64,000 nt of DNA from Selaginella moellendorffii (taxonomy: Eukaryota; Plantae; Lycopodiophyta), in NCBI RefSeq assembly GCF_000143415.4, contig NW_003314346.1, forward strand, positions 712,936 through 776,935, written 5' to 3'. Shown one piece after another: positions 1 to 10,100 of the stretch (positions are counted from its first letter, which is position 1; the number at the start of each line of letters is the position of its first letter). Under the pieces are notes generated by a model. That model had not been told where the DNA came from and made no database searches. It saw only the letters and a program-made list of their open reading frames with translations. A program made the translations under genes and the position numbers.

Positions 1-872
1 TGGTTTTTTATACAAGCGTGAAATACTTGGCGGCAGTAATCTAACAGCTTTAATTCGTGAAGCAACCGGCCCGTGCATTCGAATAGCCGAAACAGTTGAA
101 GTTCTACTTTGGCGTTTACAGGTCAGTTGACATCCTCTCCAAAGTGTTACACTGCTGATGCTGAGCAATTTATTTATTTCTTTATTTGTTTATTCAGAGG
201 CTGTTCTTTCTAAACGGTGAGCAGGAGTTCCATGTTTTTCTTGTGGATATTGGAAGGATCAAGTATCCAAGCTATAGGTGCGCTAGAACAATGCCAGTCT
301 TTGCTTCTCGAGAGGACTTTCTGGCGTATGAGCAGGTCCGTTCCTACTTTGTTATAAAATTTGTCTGACCGTCAAGTTTTCAGGCATTGCAATTGGCTCA
401 GGTGGTTGACATGTCCCTGGAAGCTGGTAATTCTGAGGCTCTAAACTCCTCTTTTTGAAAAGCAAGGACTACACTCGAATTGATCAATGCACACACTGAG
501 ATCAAGCATCCATTTTTAGCACGGTTTTCGGCTGCATGGGTGTATGCAACAATCTGTACTGTGGCTGCATCGTTTCTGGAGAAAGAACGCAGGTACGCTG
601 TTTCACCAATGGCGGACAATAATTTTGAACAAAAACTGGCTCTTGACCAGATACACTGAAGCTGTAAACCTCTTCAAGCAGCTCCTTAGCATGCAGTATT
701 GTCCTGGACGGAGAGGATACTGGACTCTCCGGCTATCTATTGACTTGGAGCACTTACAGCGTTTAGGAGAGAGCCTACTCGTTGCAGAAAACGGATTAAA
801 TGATTTCAACGTCTGAGGAGGGGATCGTGTTGCTTTGCAACAGAGGGTTCTCCAACTAGGAAAACCTCCTAG
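1..872 (+). pseudogene. FAN1: FAN1 homolog fragment (central/TPR-region exons), 5' side of the transposon insertion
   Basis: Exons read LFFLNGEQEFHVFLVDIGRIKYPSY, HPFLARFSAAWVY and RRGYWTLRLSIDLEH. The region is near-identical to the reverse complement of ~49910-50760. In-frame TGA stops at ~456 and ~814. Confidence 0.9.
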
Positions 873-896
873 AAGCTCTGTTTCGTTAAAGTGGGA
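873..896 (+). repeat. Left terminal inverted repeat AAGCTCTGTTTCGTTAAAGTGGGA
   Basis: Reverse complement matches 13207-13230 at 23/24 positions. Confidence 0.92.
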
Positions 897-1488
897 TTTA
901 TTCAGTAAAATGGGACTAGGTACAAATTTTCAAGTATTTAAAAATGACGTGAAATTATATGTTTTTTGTCCAGGGGCTAGACATATCTGGGGCATGGTGA
1001 CTAGCGCGATGACTTTGTGTCCAGACTGAGTCCATCTGGTTGTATAATAAATCTCATTGTCAAGGTGAACAAGCCGAATCTGAAGCTAAAGAAGAGCAAT
1101 GGCATGCGCGCACACACTATTTGTTTGTTCATTGAGCGTGTGGTGAGCTTTCCAAGATGAACGTCATTCCTATTAGCCAGACATATAACTTAATGGTGAG
1201 AACATTTAGATATTATTCAATATTATCTTTTTCTAACGAATCTAATTGTGAAGGTGTAGCAAGAGGCATTGCTAGTCTGGAGAAGTCATTTAACTCATTT
1301 GACCCTTAGTGTATTTTCATGAAACTAAATAACATTCATATTATTAAGGAATTTCTCTAGTACCTATTTTTTATGACATAGAGGCTTGCATTTCTTTCAA
1401 AGGTGATTTAGTAAAAGGCCTGAGGGCACATGCCATTCTATTTCTCAGACCGGTATTAAGATATACTAGTGCAAAGGGCCACATGCCA

Positions 1489-4400
1489 TCACGCCTCCTC
1501 TGATTCAGATTCGGATTGTTCACCTTGAAATAAAATACATTAGAAACTTAGTAAAGGAATATTAATGAATCTCACCTTGAACCCGGGTTATGAATGCTCT
1601 TGCTGCATCTCTTGCATGGTCTGGCAAGGTGATGGTGGCACTCTACTTCCGCATCCAACCATGCACAACATTATCCACCGATATGCTCATGCTGGGATCC
1701 CTAGGATTCAGCACCCATCTCTTTTCTAGGCAATCCTTCGTATATCCGGAACTTGGCTTAAACCACTGCACAGTTACATTGAAGGAGTTAGTTTCCGCGT
1801 CCTCCTCTGCATCAGTGATGCAGCGCCCCACCCATATCATTTGTTTTTTATTACTGAGTCTGACAAGCACGACCATTCCTTTGCAGACCTGTACTGGATT
1901 GAATGCTGAATCCGGCTTCTTGTTCCTCGGCCCACAATAGTGATCCTCAACATCGTTATCTGTCACTGCATTTCCAGAGGACATTGTTCCGCTACTATCT
2001 GGTGCTCTGGGTTCTGGCCAAAAGGACTCTTCCAATTCTTCATATACAACCGGCCCATTTTGGATAGCAGATATAATCTTCTCCCAGTATTCAAGCAAAG
2101 GCTTGCACCTCTTAAAATAGGATTCTCCACCAAACACCAACCCCCTCTTCCAGAAGGCAATATGCTGTCTAATCCCGGCCACTATACTTTCCTGGTCTTT
2201 GAGTCCATCCGGGTGCATCGGCCGTGGGGAACCCTGAGGAATCATAGGTTCCCCAGTTATGGGATCTCTCTTGAAGAGTTCAATGCCGTCCACTGGCAGC
2301 CACACTGTGTCCCATTCTCTCATCTTGTACCTCATCACTGGAGCACCGTCACGCATGCTGAAATGAAACTGAAGAGGCTTGGAGTGGCCAATCAGCGTTT
2401 CGGATCCGTCCCTGATGTAGCCTCTTACAAACCCCTTAAAGTCTGGAACCTCTGTCACAAGTGCAGCTTCAACAGTGCCTTTGATGCAATTTTGGAATTC
2501 ATCGTAGAGTTGTGGGAGGGTGAGGACATTGGATCGCCGGAGGGACTCTGCCAGGTGACTGAACATGGCATCGACGTCTTCATGAGTGTGCCCAACCATG
2601 AGAAAGCCAAGTGTAACCGTTTCAAATATGCCTTTGGCAACAAGCATCGCCAAGTACGCGAAGACGTACATGTTTTTGTTCTCACTGCCAGCATTGTCTG
2701 TTTGGAGCAGAAGATGGGGTGGAAGGCCACATCGGCCGCAAGAACTTCCTTGAGATTATGCTTCGTTTGGATGAGGCTGTGCATTCACCGGGTGACCAGC
2801 CTCGTCGGAATGGCATGAGGCCTCACGTGATAACCCTACAATCTGACAGCCAACATATTCACTGGGATGGCATGGGGCCCCACGCGATACTGCAAGCCTT
2901 TGCTCCTCCTCCAGCTGAACCCTGTATGGGGTTCGATCGACAAGGGCCTTATGCAAGGGTTGGCCGTTCAGCTCAGTCTGCGCACTTTGCAAAGACCTTA
3001 AGTGATTTGCTAGGGACGCAATCATCATGTTTGCACCCCCGCCACCCCATAGAGGTACAAAGAAGTTCCCATAGTTCTGGGCACCATGCCCATGAGCGAT
3101 TATGCCAAACAGAGACACAGGCAGCTGCATGGATGAAGAGATTGCCTTGGGGGCAGGATTGAGTCGAGGTAAGCACGTCTTTTTCTGGTCTATTTTGTCA
3201 TGGATGATGCAGAGGTAAGAGTCAGGTCTCTCCATGGAGAGAATCCTGTTATGATAATATGCAGTTCTGTAGCTTCTCTGCTCGATGTTGTGGTCGAGCC
3301 GCCTTCTAACCAACGTCTCTCGCTCTTGAGCGCTGCAAGAATTCTTCGACAAAGCCATTTTGATAGCAGTGCACTCGTCACACTTTGAAAAGCTGGAGTA
3401 CTTTCCTATACTCACATCCCTGAACCTGTTGCTCCACAATCTACTAAATCTAGATTGGCTCAGCTTCCTGTAGCCATTACTCTGGAGTTCCCGATTCACA
3501 TCTTCCAATATGGCCCCCTTGGTATACATGGAAGGGAGAACTCGTTGGGTGTCTCGTGTTCCATCTTCCAAGAGGCGGGTTTTATGTGGTTGCTGCTCGC
3601 TACATGTCTCGACAAACCTCTTGAAGATTGCCTCTCCATATACAACATGACCCCTGGTTTTGTGCGTACCGTCGTTCCCATGGACTGCCTGTTGAACCCT
3701 TTGTTCCTCGAACTCAGTTTTGATTCTGTAGAATGTGCTTCGAGGGACTCCATAAATGATTCTCCATGCCTTCATGCAGACCAAACCCCTCTGGAAGACC
3801 ATGCCCCCCACCTGATGTTCTGAAGCATCAACAGATGACCGTAATGCCTCATACACAAAATTGCGAGCTGCCTTCCAGGACAATGTCTTGTATCTTGCTC
3901 TCTCCTCTTCAATAGCATCCCAATCAGTATGTTGACAGCACCTCCTCTTGCAACAAGCAACTGTCGAGACCATTCGAACCTCCATCGCCATTTTCTGCCT
4001 TTTCGGTTCGTTGCTCAGATCCTTTTGGTTGCGCTGTAGGAAGATGTACTTTCTTTTCCCATGAAGAGATGTTCTGTCATCAGTTGTAGTGGTGTTTGAT
4101 TGTGAATCCTTCACATTCTCAAACACTAAATGCCTCAATTTTCACCGCACAATGCTTCCAATAGTCAGACTGTTTTCTTCTATGTCAACAACCTCTAAAA
4201 TCGCAACTCCAATATCATCCCAGCCCAATTCTTGATTAGCAACCGCATCTCTTGGATCGACAACTGTGGCTAAGCCCTCAGCTACCACCTCCCCCTCGGG
4301 GTTGTTTAGAAACACCTTTGCCTGAATCCATGTAGCACGGTTCTTAAGATCCACGGAGGGAACATGCGTCGCACTTGCGCTGTCCCCAACATCTGCTTTC

Positions 4401-4630
4401 TTCTGTAGATTTTTCAAGGCAACAACAACATTTACCCCGACGACCATCTCTCCTCGTTCAATAGCGACCACATTCCCATCGAAGACAGTCTCTACTGATA
4501 CAGCAGCATTGCCTTCCCCAAGCCTTTGACAGTGTATAACAAAGTTCTGATCCATAGACACAAGGGTCCCTTTTGCAACTCTCTTCCCACCATTCAAAAT
4601 GTAAACCTTTTCCCCAACCCTGAAGGCCAT
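1489..4630 (-). pseudogene. Sola1-type DDD transposase with in-frame nonsense codons
   Basis: ORFs 4142-4630, 2756-4138 and 1643-2671 share one frame, broken only by TGA (4142), TAA (2756) and TAG (1643). Motifs: CCKRRCC, VCMKAWRIIYGV, HGNDG, SKCDEC, IIHDKIDQKK (D1), LLQTDNAGSENKN (D2), FLMVGHTHEDVDAMFS (D3). A short terminal exon follows an intron at ~1528-1575. Confidence 0.85.
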
Positions 4631-4987
4631 TCTGAAAGTGCAGAAAAGAAGTTAAAACCATACAAAAAATGATTGGAGAATGGCCTAAATCATAACATAC
4701 CAAATAACATGAGGCCACATGCCATTATTCAAACATGCTATTGACACCCACGTGAAATTTCGCATTCACAAAATTGGCATGAGGCCTCATGCCATCTTGA
4801 TATACACACAGCTGCAGGCAAGTAAAAACATACATGACAATACGCTAGCCATGAAATTGCAAGGGCCCAAGATGGCATGTGGCCTCATGCCATTTCTAAA
4901 TGTGGTCCTAAACCATTCCATGGTGAACATACCAGGAAGCACAAGTGCCGAATATCAAGAGGAAGCGGTAGCCACACCAAAGACAGT

Positions 4988-5110
4988 GCCGCTCGCAACA
5001 CCGCAACTACTCGTAGCGCCGCTCGCAACACCACAACTGCTCGTAGCGCCGCTCGCACAACCTGCCACTCGCATAAACTGCCGCTCGCAATGGCGCTCGC
5101 AATGCCGCAA
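4988..5110. repeat. CpG-rich ~30-bp tandem repeat (GCCGCTCGCAACACCGCAACTACTCGTAGC) upstream of the transposase
   Basis: Two near-complete units at 4988 and 5018, then degenerate GCCGCTCGCA units. Confidence 0.8.
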
Positions 5111-5916
5111 CCGCTTGTAGACGCATAAACCACAGCTCACAACGCCGCTTACACAAGCAGCGCTCACTGCGCTCAGCGGAACCAAGAACACGGCGCACAA
5201 AAATGATAGACCTAGGAATGAGTTCGAGAATTCAAAAATAACACACGCTTGAACGTCACATCAAATCCTCTGACAAACCAGATCTTATGATTCCTCTGAC
5301 AAATTTCAAACTGAGTAGCTTCTAGACTTTGCTGTCGGAGGTTGAACTTTGTCACATCATATCCTTGCCTCGATCCAGCTGTGCCATGTCAGTGATTCGA
5401 ACTTTGCCATGCCATGTCAGCGATCCGCGCCAAGATTATTCGCCGTGTAAAGGAATAATTATGCTGTGTGTGTACTTCCATTTATGGCAATATAAGGCCA
5501 CACGCCATTCAAAGAATAATGCTAGTCGAGCATTTTTTGGTGCATTTTTGGGTTCAAAATTGCATGAGCCCACACGCTATAAAGTTTACTTGTACCAAAA
5601 ATAGAAACAGCTTTATTTACTTGGGAATTTAAGTGGTTAAGGCATTTTTAAACTTACAAACACATGCCCTACTTACATTCATTTGGTTGCTTAAAATTCA
5701 AAAATATTATAAACCTTTCTTTTTGCATTTTCAATGTTTTCAATTATGGTTTTTGATTTTCGCAGGACTAGCCTAGTAATCTATTTGCATCCCGTCATGT
5801 TTATAGCTAGCTTTCGTTTGTCCCCTTCGCTGGCCTGAGATACATCTGCTCGGAATCTGCCTCTTACAGCATTTGCCCAGAAAGGGCATCTTTCTTCACG
5901 AAGCATTTGCCACATG

Positions 5917-5944
5917 TTTAGGGTTTAGGGTTTAGGGTTTAGGG
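5917..5944 (+). repeat. Interstitial plant telomeric repeat (TTTAGGG)4 inside the transposon
   Basis: Four perfect TTTAGGG units followed by TTTAGC. Confidence 0.95.
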
Positions 5945-7165
5945 TTTAGCAATTCAGTAGCTTGATAAACATGCAAATACAGAACTTGATGCAAAATCCT
6001 TTAATATGTCACAATGCCCCTAGGACCATAAACACATTTCAATAGAGAGGGTCCTTTCATTTCATAACTCCTTACGTAGATCTTGGTGAAACCAGAGTTA
6101 GTGAAGTTGGTTTCTTGTGATCCCGCATCTGATTGTGATGTCCCTTTGCAGTGTCGATGGAAAGGTCAATGCACACCAAACTGTAGAATCTTGGAGCAAA
6201 ATAACGGTCGGATCTATGGCAAATGCCCCTGAAACATTGTAAGGCTCGTGTGGTCTCATGTGGTGTCCGATCGAGATGCTTCTTTGCAGTGTCATCAAGA
6301 AGGACATTGTATACCATTCTGTAAAATCTAGTTGCAATCTAACGGTTGGATCTTCAGGGAACTCAAAACAATCTCGCGCGTGTCAGAATATTCTAGGAAT
6401 ATACTCCTATGTGCTCCTGAAAATGGCATGCGGCCCCACGCCATTCAAGAGATAACGCCAGATGACGCCGAGCATTTTTTGGTGCATTTTTTGGGATCAA
6501 AATTGCATGAGCCCACACGCTTGAACGTCACATCAAATCCTCTGACAATTTATTTAGCTGAACATCTGGCATTTTTGGAAATACAAGATGCTTTGGAATA
6601 TCCAATCATGCATGGTATAAATATAGCGAGGGTATTAAATGATATCCCAATCATGATCTTTCTTTTGGATTTCGTGTGCATGCAGTCCGAGGAATGATGA
6701 CGTTGCGGATTTCTTTTGGATTTCACGCATGCGCGCGCCGATCCAGAAATTAATGGTGGCGCCCAAGTCCGAGGAATGATGACGTGGCGGGATTACCAAC
6801 CGTCGTGACATTTCGCGCGTGTGAGGTTAGGTTTTGCATTTTGCTTTGTACTCGCGCTCGCATCGCGCTCCCACTTCTCTACAGGTTTCTCGTGTGCATC
6901 GGCGTCCACTCGCGCTTGCATCACACTCGCGCTCGCATCGCGCTCGTGTGCATCGGCGTCCACTTCAAGACACACCCAGTTTGTAACTTCGCCGCCAACT
7001 CCGCCGCCCACTCCGCCACCCACACGCAGCCCAGTTGGCGTCCCGGGAGATTTCAGCGCCACTCTCCAACTGTAAGTGGCAGAGTAGCCTTGCTGCTACG
7101 ATCCGCTGCACACACAGTGCACATTCGCCAGCGAGTCCGGTTGTCACACCTCCATTCGGCTTCAA

Positions 7166-10100
7166 ATGGTAAGTCTTTTAGGCCAAGTAGAAAATGGCAT
7201 GAGGCCACATGCCATTCAGTAGCAACATTGGCATGCACCGATTGGGCTCTCGAGTGCAGTCCGGTTACAGATGGCGTGTAGCCTCACGCCATCTTAGGAT
7301 GCAGCCTCAAGACATCTGATGCAGTGGTGAATGGCGTGTGGCCTCACGTTATTTCCAGCTACTAGCTTTTCATCTGTCAGCTCTAATTGTTGTGCATTTC
7401 TGAATAGGCGAGGAATTGCGTTCTTCTTCCAGCCACTGTCAATGTGGATGCAGAGAAGGGGGAGGAGCTCACCAGTTGGACTTTCAGGATGGAAGGCGAG
7501 GATCTGAGGCTGTACAACACAGATGGTGGGAGAAAAGAATGCATGGGGATTCTCATCCAAGTGACAGACACTCCATGCAGTTCCATGCAAGAATATGGAC
7601 TGGCACTTGTGGTAGAGACAGCGTCTGCCTTCAAGATCCACCTTGCACATCCTAGCGGCTTCCCGGAGGGGGGCAGCGGCTATGAGGAATTCCTAGAGGG
7701 AGCTAGGGAGAGGTTGTCCAGGAGGCCCACAATTTCAAAGACGCTGCGGGTCTATGAAGATCACATGGAATCCACGGACCTCACCTACGGCGATGTTCAA
7801 AAACTATATTCCAACATTGAGCCGTTGAGAGTGACTCCAGTTCGCGAAGCAAAGGGGAAGGGGGTCGATCTGGAAACTACCTCGAAGCAGAAAAGGGTGG
7901 TCAAGCTCAAGCCGATGTCCGACTCTTCTGCTCCAAAAAAGAAGCTACTCAGTGATGCCATTGCCTCGGGTTCGAACACTACACCCACCAAAAAGAAGAG
8001 CCGCAAAGAGTAGAAAGAGCAAGAAGAGGCAGCAAAAATCGTTGTAGATAATAGTACTTGTTACTATTCCAACAAAATATATACAATCGACGTGAGCCGT
8101 ATCGACATCCAAAGCAAATACAACCACAGGCTAGTATCTGATGAGTGGGTGGAGAAATTGAAGCAGAAGATGCTGGCAAGTCTAGTAACACCCGACATCG
8201 CAGACGTGATCCCCTACTACCGAACAATGAAGGGCGAGACGAGGTTTCCAGACTTGATCAATAGGAAGGTGTTGGACGATCAGAACATCCGGTTCTATGC
8301 CGTCTCCGGGCAGCATTCTAGCTTGGCGATGCAAGAGATAGTTGTGGATATTATGGTGGGCGAGGAGGTGAAGAAAGTCTTCAAGACAAGAGTTGTCCGC
8401 CTGATAAAAGGCAACTTGCCCCTCCGATCTATCATATACATCTCCCACGCGCAGAATGTCAAGCAAGAAACGTGCTACAAATCGGGTCTGCACGAGACAT
8501 TGGCACGAACACGGAAGCTCTGGGTTCAACTGAAGAAGCCACAAAAACCAGGACAAGGACGTGCACTAGCAACTAGCGCCTGGCAGGTAAGCCTCGTTGC
8601 ATGTGGCATAGCATGTGGCCTCACGCCATTTCCATTGCAGGAATTCTCGAGTCTTCTCTCGAAAACACTGGGGGTCAATGACACACTCAGCATCCATAAC
8701 ATTCTACTCGCGACAAAAGTTGTTTTTGACAAATGGGTAGATGTGCTAAGGAGGTACCATGATGGGGAGTTGCCAAACTCAATGGGTGTGGAGGACGGCC
8801 GGAAGCCCAATGATTTGAAGCTCAACGCCTTGCGTTTCTCGCAGTCTCTAGACGACGACGACCTTCTGACAGTGGCTAATGCTCTTCTACGTGGTGAGGT
8901 AGTCTTCAACAAGACCAAAATGACTCCCGGCCATATTGTGACATACGAGGACTTGTGCACGACTCTGAGAGCTCGTGCGCTATTGAAGGATTGGATCTTC
9001 GAGCAAGTGGCCGTGGAGAGGGTGAGCATCAACACCACGCAAGAGATGATGGAAGCGCTGGAGTTGTCAAATGAAGACATCGACGAGTACGTGAAGGGGG
9101 CCCCCAAGTTCATCGATCTGCTGCGGGATGCCACGAAAAGTAAAGCTGAGAAGTTGGATCAGTATCCAAATTTCATTAAGATTGATGTCGACCGCCGGCT
9201 TCAGAAACAGCTCGACCCCGCAGCAGAGGCCTATCGAGAACCTTACCAGGTATACTTGAATTTGGATGAGGATCAAAGGTGGAGGAGCATCGTTTCCCTC
9301 GGAGATGAGCAGGTCAAGAACATCTTTTGTGTGATGGACTTCACAAACGAGGAGATCACTCATGCAGACGAAGTCAGCTCCATCATTGACTTAATGGTGG
9401 GACTTGCGGAGGTGGAATCTTCAGTCCACTATATGATCTACGACTCCGAATCCTATCACAAGTTCTGGAAGGCCTTGAACGAGGTGAAGGCTCGGTTGAA
9501 AGGCAAGGAGATGCGGGAGATCCATGGGATAATGGCTAAGAAGAAGATACCGACGAATGTCCGCATCTTCACACTCGCCCTTGTTATTGGTCCTGCAACA
9601 GAGTGGGACTGGAGTGACTTCCCAGCTTCGTTTGACAAGGCCAATCGAATTGATCTGAGGGAGGTCAATTTACCCGTGCCTGAGGAACTGAAGACGGCTA
9701 TGGAGCTTTCGAATCCAAAGAAAGCTCCAGGTGTAGCATGGGAAATGCTCAGCTGGGTCTTCAACGCAATAGCGGGTGGGTCACCTGCTTCCGACTCCAA
9801 GGGCAAATGCGTTGTCGAGTACAACTGCGGCGGACTATTCTTTCGAGCCGCACTACTCAAGGGTGTCCCGTGTGTTGTGGTGACAAACTCCATTGAAGAG
9901 GTGACTTCAATGGAGCATATAATTACAGTTGCCAAAGAAAAACAGTATCTTCTCTGCGAACCTGGTGAGTACACACTTTAAGTTTAAATGTTATCTCACA
10001 AGCTCTGTATGCAGGAGCGTGGCCACCCCCAGATGCTGAAACGGCGTTAACAGCTACTATTGAAGATACCCATGTTGGGCCGAGCTCACAACCTGCACAA

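Noticed and set aside
1940-2818. 292-aa plus-strand ORF and other ORFs antisense to the transposase or cargo gene
   Set aside because: These are shadow ORFs opposite real coding sequence and show no recognisable motifs.
5917-5944. True chromosome end
   Set aside because: Only four units, internal to a transposon.
1643-8013. Stop codons repaired by RNA editing or read-through
   Set aside because: Plant C/U editing is organellar, and three different stop types occur. Simple transition decay is more parsimonious.
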